Positions 25,701-38,645 of a stretch of DNA of 64,000 bases are shown in pieces. This DNA comes from Mobula hypostoma (lineage: Eukaryota). Every line of letters begins with the position of its first letter. Positions within the stretch are counted from its first letter, which is position 1. The position numbers and the translations under genes were made by a program. Under the pieces are notes generated by a model, which did not search any database, was not told where the DNA came from, and saw nothing but the letters and a program-made list of their open reading frames with translations. Location: positions 41,480,001 to 41,544,000 of the forward strand of contig NC_086097.1 of NCBI RefSeq assembly GCF_963921235.1, in the 5' to 3' direction.

Positions 25701-26900
25701 TGCTGCACAGTATCTTTGTCTTATTTCTATTTTCCTCTTCCTCGACCCTAACACCCTGGTTTCCTTCCCCCTGCCAATTTAGTTTAAACCCTCCCTAACA
25801 GCTATATTAAACAATCCTGCCAGGATATTATTACCCTTTGAGTTCAGGTGTAACCCATCGTTTTTGTATAAGTCATACCTCCTCCAAAATAGATCCCAAT
25901 GATCCAAGAATTTGAAGCCCTGCCCCCTGCACCAGTTACTTAGCCACATATTTATCTGCTTAATTCTGCTATTCTTACCTTCATTAGTGCTTGGCTCAGG
26001 CAGTAATCCTGAGATTATTACTCTGGAGGTCCAGCATTTCAAGTTTCTTCCTAGCTCCCAGTAATTTTCCTTCAGGACCTCCTCTCTTTTTCTGTCTATG
26101 TCATTGGTACCAACATGTACCAAGACTTCTGGCTGCTCGCCCTCTCTCCTCAGAATACTCTGGACCCAATCTGAGACAAACCGTACCCTGGCACCAGGCA
26201 GGCAACACACCATCTGGGTATCCTTGTCTGGCTCGCAAAATTTCTTGTCTGTTCCCCTCACTATGGAATCCCCTATAACTACTGCATTTCTCCTTGCTTT
26301 CTTGAACACAGTGCTGGGCAGAGTGCCAGAGTCCCATTCGCTGTGGTCTTCCTCTATCAGCTCAACTTCTCCAACAGTATCTAAAACGATAAATCGATTT
26401 CTGAGGGGGACTGTCACAGAGGTGCTGTCCACTGTCTCTCTATAGGTATTATCAATCACCTCCTCACTTTCCCTAATTAGCTAAAGGTCATCAAGTTGCA
26501 GCTCCAGATCCCTAACACGGTCCTTAAGGAGCCTCATCTCAATGCACCTGGTGCAGATGTAATGCTTGGGGAGGCTGGGGGTCTCCCAGGGTCCGCACAT
26601 CTGGCATTCCAAGCACAACACTAATCCTAGATGCATACCTCTAATGTTACTGTTATTACTAAATAAGTAACCTGTAACCTACCCCTTTACTATGAGACTC
26701 AGCGGTCGCAGGAAACCTCTTCCTGTTTCCACCTAAGCCCGTTGAGCCAAAGCCCTATCACTCTGCACCCTCTCACTCCGCTGCCCACTCCGACGCTGCC
26801 CGCTGGATATGATGGTGTTCCATATATGGATATGGTGGATATGGAGGCCTTCCGCACTTTGAGGTCATGCGCTTGCACAGTTGTGCCTCTTTTATCCCAA
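22736..26900 (-). mobile_element. Near full-length CR1 LINE: ORF1 (SGNH esterase) and ORF2 (APE endonuclease, RT), with a few lesions
   Basis: VIGDSIVRG, LVHVGTND and DGLHLN esterase motifs (25779-26459). YLNACSIRNK, YRPPN, MGDFN and SDH endonuclease motifs (24727-25677). QGSVLGP and FADD RT motifs (23455-24606). 3' tail (cacaagat). Confidence 0.95.
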
Positions 26901-26944
26901 GTAGATTAAAAAAAAATCTGAATTTTCTCCCGAAAAATGGCGAT

Positions 26945-28305
26945 TTACTCCATTACCTGCTTGCTGTGAATCGAAAAAAAAAGTCTGCTGCATTGCTGGA
27001 GATGGCACTGCCCAGGCAGGTGAACTGCTCAACCATGGAGAGAAGGTGGTCATTAATGGTGATCCAAGGTGGTTTGTAAATGCCAAGAGGGGGCTTCTGA
27101 TGGAGGTTCATTGTTTTCTTCAGACTGACCGTTAATCTAAAAGCCCTTGCAGCCTGTAGCTCATCTTCTGTGTGTGAGAGGAGCATGGTTTTCCACATAT
27201 AGTAGCTCAAGAATGGGCTCTTGCATAGTTTTTGTTTGGGGGAGAAGGTGGCGACGGTTGAAGATATTTCTGTTCAGTGCAGTACTGAATGTAGATGCTC
27301 TTCAAGGTGATCTCTTTCACTTCCCGTAGCATCAATGCTGAAAAAGATGGTGTCATTCCCCAGTACTGATGGGGAATGGGTCAGACCCAACCTGACCGCT
27401 TTGGCCTTCATTGAGCTGTTGCTGGATGGTGAGGAATTTCGCGGGACAGCCAAGCTTCGACAGAATCTTCCAGTGACCATTGTAGCTGACTGTATCAAAG
27501 GCTCTGGTTAAGTCAAAGAACTCCATGTACGGTTCCATGTTCTGTTCAAGACACTTCTCCTGTATCTGGCGCAGGATGAAGGTCAAGTCAGATGTACCTT
27601 TGTTCGCTCTGGTGGGGTAACACCAGCTGCATCTGTCCACAAAAGTCCAGTTGTACAGGGCTGCCATTGTCACAACACTGCTATATGGCCCTGAAGCCTG
27701 GGTCTTGTACCCAAAGTAAATCCAGTTGCTCGAGCATGTCCATCAGCGATGCCTCCTCTCCATCATGGGTATCAGCTGCAGGATCGTGTCTCCAGCAGTG
27801 AGGCAATGAGGTCCTGGAGAAAGTTCAACTTCCAAGCATTGAAACTACTTTGCTGTTCAAGCAGCTCTATTGGTCAGGCCACGTGTTTCACATGGGCTAC
27901 TCCAGGTTATCGAAAGCAGTACTCTATGGAGAACTCTCTCAGGGCAAAAGAGATCATGGTTCCCTGCACAAGAGTACAAAGACCAACTCAAACAGCAGCT
28001 CTCTCAGGCAAATATTGAGGTCAATGAGTGGCAGCAGCTGGCTTGTGACAGAGACCGCTGGAGAAAGCTGATCCACGGAGCAGCCAAGAAATTTGAGAAA
28101 TCTAGCAGAGTGACTGTTAAAGAGAAGAGGAGAAGCAGGAAGGACCTTACTACTCAAGCGCTCGGATCTCAGCTGTTCCCATGGCCCTGCTGTTCCAGAG
28201 ACTGCAGATCCAGAAATGGCCTCTACAGTCACCAGCAATCCTGCTGTCACTCCAGAGTACTCTTCTTCCCTCCTGATCTTTGCAAGTGAAGAACCACCCA
28301 TCATC
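26945..28305. mobile_element. RTE-like LINE fragment with inverted 5' portion (minus arm ~26945-27597, plus arm ~27598-28305)
   Basis: Minus arm: DLTFILRQIQEKCLEQ..FFDLTRAFDTVS...VEQFTCLGSAISS. Plus arm: LYRAAIVTTLLYGPEAW...WSGHVFHM...LYGEL...DRDRWRK...CCSRDCRSRNGLYSH. Confidence 0.85.
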
Positions 28306-30444
28306 TTTCACAATGCTTTGCTCAGTTTGTGTTTAAGTCCTCTCTTTGGCCTTAAACAGATATAGAAGCCTTCATACAAAGTGGATCTCCAACTGGGACT
28401 TGCTTCTTTACCCTTGTACATTTTTAGTTCACGTATTTATTCAACGTATCAAGACTCTTCTTTTGGTTTCATTAACCTACACGACTCTTTTCATTAAGAA
28501 CAGTCGTGCATTTCTTAACTAAATTCTTTCTAAACATATAACTAAGTGGATAAAGATGCAAAGCTTATGTGTGGATTATGATGCATGATAATACTAAGGT
28601 GTTCTAATGGAAGTAGCTTGTAGCACCTGTGTTTTCTGCTAATCCACACACCAGGCATGAAGTGACATATGCACTTCCATCTAATAGCAGGTAACTCCAG
28701 GTTTCCATTATTAACCCAATTTCTCCAATCAGAATGGGATTTACAACACACCTGGCATTCCTTAACTTCCTTAATCTGTCAGAGTCGGGTTAAATCAGAA
28801 TCTTCCTGAAGATTCCATTTTGCCAATATCTTCCTGAGTTCTTTTACACGCCATGTTGCTGATTTCCATACCTTCAATTTCTATTTTGTTAACAAACTTC
28901 AAGATTTTGGCCCTAAGCTCAAATCCAAATCCAAGAGCACTAAGAAGTGGAAGCAGTAGCAACATTTCCAATAATTTTCCAAGCTCTTTATCCTGAGTTT
29001 TGTCAAATAATCCTCTAAGGTCATTCTTTTTTTTCCTTTCCCATCTGCCTACCAGCATGCCTCAAGTCTTTTTAGGTCAACTTGGACCAATGGAGACCTA
29101 TAACTTTGTACATTTATACGTGTTTCTAAAGGTATTGATTCTGGGTTGTGTATTCATTTCACGTAGAATTATTTACTTTGAACTGCAGTCTTTGTTGAAG
29201 TTTAAGTGAATGTGACAGCCCTCTTCACATTGCAAATAGCTGTAGCAAAGAGATAAATTACCAGGTAAATCATTCTGTTTTGATTACCATGGATGAGAGA
29301 ATAATTTTGGTTAGGACACCATGGTTTTTATCTGGTATTTCGTATGACAACACTTTTTTTTCCAAGTGTCACTATGCACAAGTAATTAGAAATGATACTG
29401 AATGACAGTTTTGTGGCAGTAGTTAATTGGTTTGTTAAAGACTTCTGTCTGCATTAGCCTAAGCTATTCCTTTTAAATACTTCAGGGGTTTGTTCAACCA
29501 TGTGTTTCACTGTTTTTTTAAATTGAGCAGGCTGCTATTTAGATCTACTGTTGATAGCCATTTTTTTTTAAAGTACAGTATATATCAACCTGCCTTTTTC
29601 AAATAATGTCCAGGTGCAGATTGTTGGGTGTAGGCAATTTAAATGGTTTTGGCATGGACTAGATGGGCCGAAGGGCCTGTACGTGCTGTACCTCTCCATG
29701 ACTCTGTTACCATAAGGAAGTTGTACCTCCAGCAGGAAGGCATTCAGGCCACTTCACATCTCCAGATGGAGAGAAATTAAAAATAACTGCAACTCAACAA
29801 AATTATGGATATGATATTTTACTATCCAACTTATTATTGTTCACCACAGAGGGACCAAAGCATATTTAATACATAGTATGGAATTATTGTAAGTAGATGT
29901 GCCATTATCCAATTATTCTGTTTCTATTTAAGGATGTAGAAGCTGAATGGAATTTCTTGTCAATGACTTATATGACGTGAAATTTGTTTTGCAGCAGAAC
30001 AGTGCAAAAATAAAGTTGCTATAAACTACAAACACAAATACTGCAAAAAAAAAAGAATTAATGAGCTAGTGTTCAAGGCTTCATGGGCCATTCAGAGATT
30101 TGACAGCAGAAGAGAAAATCTGGTGCAGAGTTGTTGACTGTGAGTCTTTAGACCTCCTTCCCAATGACAGTAAATTGAAAAGGGCATGTCCCAGATAGTA
30201 AGGGTCTTTACTGGCGGTTACAGTTCATAGGTTATGGCTAAAGGCAGATAGGTGGCGCTGAGTACACGGCCAGATCATCCATGATCTTATTGAATGGTGG
30301 AGCAGGTTTGATGTTCCAAATGACGTATTCCTGCTCTAATTTCTTACGTTTCTTATATATTTTGTGAACATAGTTCAGTGTATTCTTGTTCTGCTGCTTC
30401 CATGACCAGCAAGGAATATGTGGAAGCATGATATAGAACTAATA

Positions 30445-31640
30445 TAAGACCATAAGTCCATAAGATATAGGAGCAGAATTGCCATTTGGCCCATCACATC
30501 TGCTTCAGCATCTCATCATGGCTGATCTAATTTTCCTTTCAGACGTAATCCTCTGCCTTCTCCCCGCATCCCTTCATACACTGACCAATCAACAATTTAT
30601 TCATCTCTGCCTTAAACATACATAAAGACTTGACCTCCACAGCTGCCTGCGGCAATGAATTCCACAGATTCACCGCTCCCCGGCTAAAGAAATTCATCCT
30701 CATCTCTGTTATAAAAGGACACCCCTCTATTCTGGGGCTGTGTTCTCTGGTCTTAAACTTTCCCATCATAGGAAACATCTTCTCCACATCCAATCTATCA
30801 AGGCTTTTCACCATTCGATAAGTTTCAAGGAGATCATCCCTCATTCTTCTGAATTATAGTGAATACAGGCACAGAGCCATCAAATGCTCTTCATATGACA
30901 AACCAATCATTTGTGTGAACCTCCTTTGAACCCTCTCCAGTTCCAGCACATCCTTTCTAAGATAAGGGGCCCAAACCTGCTCACAATACTCCAAATGAGA
31001 CCTCACCAGTGCCTTATAAAGTCTCAACATTACATCCTTGATTTTATATGCTAGTCCTCCTGAAATGAATGCTAACATCACATCTGCCTTCCTCACCACA
31101 GACTCAAACTGCGAATTAACCTTTAAAGAATCCTGCACAAGGACTTCCAAATCCCTTTGATTTGCCTCAGATTTTTGTGTTTTCTCTCCATTTAGAAAAT
31201 AGTCAATCCTTGCATTTCTCCTATCAAAGTGTATGGCCATATACTTCCCAACACTGCATTCCATCTGCCACTCCTTTAGCCGTTCTCCAAATCTAAGTCC
31301 TTCTGTAGCCTTTCTACTTCCTCAAAACTACTTGCCTCTCCTCCTATCTTCATATCATCTGCAAACTTCGCAACAAATCCATCAATTCTATCATTGACAT
31401 ATAATGTAAAAAGAATCGGAGCCAATATAGACCCCTGTGGAACTCTGCTAGTTACCAGCAGCCAGCCAATAAAAGCTCCCTTTATTCCGACTCTTTGCCT
31501 CCTGCCAATCATCCACTGCTTTATCCATGCTAAAATCTTTCCTGTAATACTTGTTAAGCAGCCTCATGTGTGGCACCTTGTCAAAGGCCTTCTGAAAATC
31601 ACAACATCAACTAATTCTCCTTTATGTATCCTGCTTGTTA
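30445..31640 (-). mobile_element. Degenerate CR1 LINE 3' part
   Basis: VPQGSILAP, FADDMKIGG and LYKALVRSHLEYC motifs. Confidence 0.9.
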
Positions 31641-33393
31641 TTAGACAGGTATATGGAGGATTTTAAGGTGGGGACGTTATATGGGAGGCAGGGTTTGAGG
31701 GTCGGCAAAACATTGTGGGCCGAAGGGCCTGTAATGTGCTGTACTATTCTATGTTCTATGTTATTGTTAACATGGAAAAATAGAAATGAAAAATGCTTTC
31801 TTTTTGATTTCAGTATGCAATATGAGTTTCTCTGAGTAGATGCAAAATAATCTCCAAAACACAAAAAGCTATGGCTCTCATATTTAGTACTTGGAAGTAT
31901 GGAAACCAAAAAAAAAATATGTTGCATTAAAAGCAATAAAGTCCAAAATACAATTTTTATGTTATATTGAAAATTGTTCAAAGTAGCTACATTCTATTTC
32001 CTAAATTAAATATTTTGGTCCTGAAGTAGAAGTTTCATTAGATATAATCACTGTATTGCTCTGGTGAGTTTGAGGGGAGAAAATTGCAACTGAATTAATA
32101 TCTTTGGTTTGGTTTGAATTGAAGTGATAGCAAAAAAAAAGGTTACAAGCAGTGAGAAAATGGAGTGGGGAGAAAGAGGATTGAATATTACGTGTCTCAC
32201 ACTAGCTTTTATTTTTTTTACACAGCTCCCATGACAAATCCACATTTGGGTAAGTTCTGCATTTTCTTTTTTATGACAAAAGCATTCTGTTATATTTGAT
32301 TGGTTAATTCCCTGGCTGGACAATTAAGCCTACGATTTTCCTTGCTGTTTGAATTGGATCTATGTCACTTCTTTTTTACAAAATATGATGTTTAGAAACA
32401 AAATGTCTTCACTTACATGTGTTTGTGCTCCAGTAGTTTGCAGAATATTAACATTGAAAGACATGAACATTTTTTGTTTTATTACCTCCCAATATAACAA
32501 TTCCTTGCAAATCTGTTCTCTCCCATCGTTCACTTTTTCATGAGACAGTTGAAAACTTTTCAGACCTCTGATCCCAATGCCCTGAAGCAACTGCTTTGTT
32601 CTGGGTTAAAAATGATTATTATCCAAGACTGACTGAATAAACAGTAGATCGAGCCATCTGGGCTTGTAGAGCAAATGTAGAGTTAAATATAGAATTGGAT
32701 GCATTCTCATAGCCAGGGGTTAGTCCTCGCAGGAACACCAAGACCATTCATTTGAACAATGGACAATGGCTGCAAAACAAAAGGCATGGTTATGGGAATT
32801 TATATTTTTGAGTAAAATTAGTTGATTTTGAAGATTTTTAATTATTTTTGGTAATTGCCTAATTTATTTTTGTGAATCTGTATCAGTGGAGTATTGAAAA
32901 GTATTTCTTAATAGCTTTTAATACCTGGCAAATCTTTCAGCATAACTCAGCTTTTTTGTGTGTGGGACATTCACACTGAGCATCAGCAAATAGCAGCAAA
33001 TTGATCTAACTGGACCTACAATATCCAAGTTTATTGTTGGTTCCAACATTGACAGTGAGCATAGGCAGCTTAGCATTCGCTGCAAGTTCTGACACTTGTT
33101 GTACAGGACTTCATGCAGAGCTAACACAGAATACCCTCATCTTGTAGGAATTGAAACAGCCCTGGACAGCTGCAGAATAAATGCCAACAGTGATGATATT
33201 GCTGTAGTATATCCTTTCAGATCTTCAGTTACCAAAACAGTTACAGGACGCAGTAGTTTCAAGGAGAGTCACTTATTCTGATTAGAGCAACAAAGAACTT
33301 CATGCATACGGTACATAGATCGTATTGATGATGTCACTTGATGCTGATACTAACCAAGTCCTATTCACACCTCACTGCTTACTTTCTTTGCAG

Positions 33394-33397
33394 AAAA
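33394..33397 (+). other. Candidate 4-nt microexon (AAAA) in the MDGA2 FN3-MAM intron
   Basis: TACTAAC branch-point consensus at 33348-33354, TGC-containing pyrimidine tract, ttctttgCAG acceptor, AAAA, then consensus GTAAGT donor at 33398-33403. Lies in a largely repeat-free stretch. Confidence 0.4.
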
Positions 33398-34509
33398 GTA
33401 AGTAAAAGAAAATACACATTGTCATTACAGATTGGGTCTACTGTCCTTAGCTGGTTTGACTTTCTCTACGGGTAGGATATGAATGATTCATATGCCTTGT
33501 TATACAACTGCTGTACAGTACATGCTGATTTTGAAACATGTTTGTGCCAGTGCTGGGTTTTTTTCTTTGCACATTAAAGAAGTGTCACTCTACTCGAGCT
33601 TCCTCTATACTTATATGTTTACCCTCAGCTTCTTCCACTAATTGCAAACTTAGGCCATTTCCTATGTTTTGATTTTGCATCAAGAATGACTGTAGCCAAT
33701 TGACTAAGAAAAGCATCTATTCCCACTGATCTGCCTGTTTTACTTGCACTTCCTGAGCCTACAACTAAGGTGTTTCAAGATCAGGACACATTTGTTGCAG
33801 CCACAGACTTTGTACAGTCCATGAGGCTTACAGATATTTTTGTTTCTCTCTTTCTAATTCTCTGCCATCTGTAATGTACCCTAAAATGGATCTTTCATTC
33901 TGCTAAAACTGCCAGTAATTTACACGTATGGTATCAAATACATGTCGCAGGAATTGCAAGCAGTATTATTTCTTCTAAATGCAACAGTAAGGAATTCCCC
34001 ACACCTTGTCCTTGTATCAGATATGCTATGAAGTCATACAGTCCTCTAATTTAATAACTCAGTTACGTAACTATAAATACACCACAGTAGTCTCTCAATA
34101 GATTTAGTGAAGTGTCTTTTTACTCAAGCAGACTTTGCTTAAGGTATGTAAACCCGTCAGAGGATGAAAATGTCTTCAGTCTAAATAAAGTGATAAATTT
34201 TTATAAGTGTAGCATCAGGACAGATGTCAGAAAACTTTTGTTCCAAAAAGGGTAACTTTGGAATGGACATTGTATCGGCCTCCCTGTCTACTTTCATGTT
34301 CATATGCCCATATTCCTTTTCTCTGTACTCTATTGGCTAAGCAGCTTCTCGTGAAAGGTGTATACTTAACAGTGAGCAAGGTTAATTAAATGAAATTTAC
34401 TCAGAGATTTATCTTCTAAAACCTATGCAAACATATGAATATTTCTTTGGGTCACTAAACACTGCATAATTGTTAGTAAAGGCTGAACTTTGTTTACCTT
34501 GTAGTTTGG

Positions 34510-36055
34510 CTGATAGATAGGGTCATAAAATAATTTTTTGGTCCACTAGTTTTCATAAATCAAAGCATTGAGTACAGGCGATGGGATGTTGTACAAGACG
34601 CTGGTGAGGCCTAATCTGAAGTATTGTGTGCAGTTTTGGTCACTTACCTACAGGAAGGATTTATTTATTTATTCATTCATTCATTCATTCATTCAATGAG
34701 ATACAGAACGGAATAGACCCTTCTGGCCCTTCGAATTGTGTCGCTCAGCAACACCCAAATTTAACCCTAGCATAATCATGGGACAATTTGAAATGACCCA
34801 TTGTAAACAAGGATGAAAGAGTACAGAGAACATTTACAAGGATGCTGCCGGGTGTGAGGACCCGAGTTATATAGAAAGATTAAATTGTCACAGTCCAGTC
34901 CTCATTTCGGTTAATTTCCTTTCCCCCGTGTTCTACCTGGTTCTTTGATTAAGGCACCTGATTCTCATCTGAACCGGCAACATAAAAACTCCGGCTTACT
35001 TCTACTCAGGGCCAGACCATTACCTCAGCCAGTGCGGCAATGCACATTCCGGGCTGCCGAGAATAGTGGACTCTTAAGTTGCTTCGGTGCCTGGGGTCGC
35101 TTTGGGAATTCTGTCGTATTCGTGTCCAGCTGAGTGTTGCCAGCCGATTGCCGCTACTCCGAGTCAAGATGCGAGTTCTGTCATTTTCGTGTCCAGCTGA
35201 GGATTGCTGACCGTTTGCCGCTACTCTGAGTCGTGAACTCTGTCCCTTCGTGTCCAGTTAAGTGATTGCCGGCCGTTTGCCGCTTCAGGTGCTACTCTGT
35301 TTCAGGATACGAATTGTCTGTCGTTGTCTGGTTTTGTCGTCTCATGTCCAGCTGAGGATTGCAGGCCGTTTGCTCGTGCCCGAATCCAAGTCCGGGTTCC
35401 GTGTCCGAGTCCAAGTCCAGGTTCCGTGTCTAAGTCCAGGTTCCATGTCTAAGTCCAGGCTTCATGTCCAAGTCCAGGCTCCTCCAGTTTGTTGTCCAAC
35501 ATTCATGTCCACGTAAGCACCTAATCCTTGCTCTCTGGCTTTCCTTGCAACTATTAATAAACACTCTTCTGTTAATGCTACCTACGTGTCTGTGTCCTGC
35601 ACTTGGGTCCACTTCCCTAAGCCATTGTAACATAAATAGGTCAGGACTTTCTTTCTTGGAATGTAGAAAATTGAGAGGAGATTTGATAGAGGTATACAAA
35701 ATTATGAGGGGTATAGACTGGGTAAATACAATCGGGCTTTTTCCACTGAGGTTGGTTGGGATTACAATTAGAAGTCATGGGTTAAGGGTGAAAGGTGAAA
35801 TATTTACAGGGAACATAAGGGGAAATCTCTTCCCTCAAGTGGGTCGTAAGAGTCTGGAATGAGCTGCCAGTGCAAGTGGTGCATGTGAGCTCGATTTCAA
35901 TGTTTAAGCAAAGTTTGGATGGGTACATGGATGGTAGGAGTATGGGGGGCTATGGACCAGTGCAGGTCGATGGGATTAGGCAGGTTAAGTTGTTTCAGCA
36001 TGGACTAGATGAGCCGAAGGGCCTGTTTCTGTGCTGTACTTGTCAAATACTCTGT
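34510..36055 (+). mobile_element. CR1 LINE 3' fragment interrupted by a SINE remnant and a solo LTR
   Basis: CR1 sequence ends at gaaagattaaat (34885) and resumes with aggtcaggac...LRGDLIEVYKIMRGID after 35637. Confidence 0.85.
34886..35632 (+). mobile_element. Solo LTR (747 bp) with internal tandem repeats
   Basis: TGTCACA...TGTAACA termini, TAAAT target-site duplication (34881-34885 and 35633-35637), cataaaa TATA-like motif, aataaa near the 3' end. Confidence 0.85.
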
Positions 36056-36514
36056 GACAAGTTTGCTTAGGGACAAAACAATGGCCAAGTGACAGTCATC
36101 TACATTTCATTCTCTGCTTGCAGGCATATCATGATGTACATCACAGAGTGATTATAGCGATACAGGCCGCGCATACCGCGGAGTAGTGAACAGTAAATTT
36201 AGATCAACCTTTCATCTAAAGGGGGCCCCTTTCAATGACGTGCTTAGAAATTTTCAAACAGGAATTTACAATATTGTGCTCTTTTCGTGATAAAGCAATA
36301 TTTTGATGTGTTGACAGACTGTCCATCCTTCTAGTGGAACATTCAAACCACTGGAACAGGTGGGAATTGAGGAAAGATCAGAGTCATGGTGTGGTAGACA
36401 TGTACAAGAAGAAACAGGCCCCTCAGCCCACCAGCTGTACACTGACTGTCAAGCATCCATTTACAGTGATCCTCCACCAGTCCCATTTTATTCCCACACT
36501 CTCATCGATTCCCC

Positions 36515-36715
36515 GCAGACGCTATCACTCACCTGCACACTGTTGGCAGTTTACAGTGACCTATTAACCTACAGCACATGCCTGGCACATAGGAGGAAAC
36601 TGGAGCATCTGGAGCATGTGGTCACAACTCCACACAGACAGCACTGGAGGTCAGGACTGAATCTGGATCACTGAGCTGTGAGGCAGCAAATCGGCCAGCT
36701 GCACTACGGTACCAC
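36515..36715 (-). mobile_element. tRNA-derived V-SINE/HE1-like SINE remnant
   Basis: Minus strand gctgcctcacagctc...tgctgtctgtgtggagtt...tgctccagtttcctcc core. Confidence 0.65.
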
Positions 36716-37581
36716 ACATCTTCCAGCTCTTCAAAATCACTGCTCACCCTTCCCCTTTCCACCTGCAGTACCGGTGGATCGCCAAGATCTAAAGTACATC
36801 TCATTAAATGATGTCTTACAGCAACTTAGTCTGAGAACCAGGCAACCAAAACACTGCAATTTCCTTTTTTACCTTGAGGACCTAGCTTTAAGCCCAGCCT
36901 CATCTAATGTGATGGAAAATACTTTGTTCTTTTTTCCTGGTCAGAAGTTGTTTTGGTGAATCAAATATCTGTCCAGTTCCATGTGCATGTGGTCCTGTAA
37001 CTTAAAACTAATGCTGGGAAACTTTGGGAAGGAGAGGATTGAAAAAGACCCATTGAGAAAGGTTTGGCAGCTCCAAAGTTCAAAATGACTTTCTGTGCTT
37101 ATAGTCATCTCCCAATATACTGTAATCCACAGATTATTGGATACTTCACCCCACTTTTAATTCTTCTTTCAGATGTTATACAACAGCACATTAAATTGTC
37201 CAGTGAACCGGGTAAGTTTAAAACAAATGAAGGGAACATAATCCAGGTGAGCTTTAAAAGTGAATGTGGGAGACAACCCAGTTAGATTCAAGGGTTTCTG
37301 GGAAACAGGGGCCAGGTGAGTTCAAAGGGAGAGAGGAGGTTGCTCCCTGGTTGATATAAAGGGAGCAAGTCAACAGAACCTGTTAAGAATCCACAAAGGT
37401 GTACGAAACAGGAGCTGTTTTGCCTTAAAGCAAGTGTGGGAAACAGGCTGCAATGAGTTTAAAGGGTTTCAGGAAATTGGGCAATGGAGCCCCAATGTAT
37501 TCTAGGGGAGTGTGGGAAAATGGTGCTGTAGTGATTATAGGGGAAATAGTAGTGAGAAATAGAACCTCAATCTGTTGACCC

Positions 37582-38645
37582 GGGCTACGTCCACACTACA
37601 CCGGATAATTTTGAAAACGATGCTTTTTCTCTTCATTTTGACCCTCCGTCCACACTAAAGCAGCGTTTTCATCCCCTGAAAACAGAGTTTTTCAGAAACG
37701 GTCTCCAGAGTGAATAAATCTGAAAATGCCTAATATCCGGTGTAGTGTGTATGGGGTAAACGGAGAGATTTAAAAATGCTGTCATGACAACACCACAACA
37801 ACAATGCTTTTTCTGCTTCTGCTTGGTACTGCGCAAGCACTGCCGTACGGCTGTTATAACGCGCAGTCGGTGTGAACGGTGTGAGAGTTAAATTGTAAAG
37901 TGAGCCTTTTTTTGACTATTTAAAAACGCTGTCATGACATGCCAGAACAGATAGCCGCAGCGCGACATTTCGTTGTTTTCTTTAACGCAACTCCCCACAT
38001 AACCTAACAATTTCGGAACAGACGGCAATGAGACTGAAGCCAGAAGAGTTAGAAATGTACTCACCAAGTACCTTGACCCATAGCTTACTGAATAAATAAG
38101 TATACCCACCTTGCCCTATTTTCTGTCCTTGCTTGGATGAAGGTGGTTTGTCTATTTATGCAAGTACTGTACTTCTCTGACAATAGATGTGTAACAGCCT
38201 AATGTAATATTGTATGGAAATACAAGATAACACTGATGCAGACATGTTTTCATACATTTAACAAGGTACTTCATTAATGCAACAGAGTTAGTCAGTTTTT
38301 CAATGTTTGTCGTCAGCCGGGTCATACTGTCTGTGAACTCCCTGTCGGTTGCCTCTATACACTCCAGTATTTGTTGTTTTTTAGTTTTAAGTCCTCCTGT
38401 GCGAGAGCCAAGAGCAATTCCTTTTAAGTTTTTCTACTCCGTAACTGGACAAACGTGCACCAAGTATATCGTTTCCTCTTTGCTTGTTTTCTGTGTGTCC
38501 TGCGCATGCCCAGTAGGAGGAGATTCGCTCAAATATCCGTCTAATGTGGACAGAGATATTTTGAAAAACGCTTAGTGTGGACGCCTGTCGTTTTTACTCA
38601 AAACTGGCGTTTTCAAAATTATCCGGCGTATTGTGGACGTAGCCC
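37582..38645. mobile_element. Non-autonomous DNA transposon, Harbinger-like, with ~35-bp TIRs
   Basis: GGGCTACGTCCACACTACACCGGATAATTTTGAAAAC at the left end and GTTTTCAAAATTATCCGGCGTATTGTGGACGTAGCCC at the right end. Subterminal repeats of gtccacact and tgaaaac. Confidence 0.8.

Noticed and set aside
22736..26900. Possibly active full-length CR1
   Set aside because: ORF2 is split by stops and frameshifts into several pieces. The esterase ORF1 is a known CR1 feature, not novel.
34132..34143. 12-nt candidate microexon CAG|ACTTTGCTTAAG|GTATGT
   Set aside because: It introduces TAA in the required phase-1 frame and does not restore frame with the 4-nt candidate. It could only be a poison exon, and nothing else supports it.
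35110..35480. Repeat-spacer-like array suggestive of CRISPR
   Set aside because: Eukaryotic context, degenerate units with related spacers inside a solo LTR, and no cas genes.
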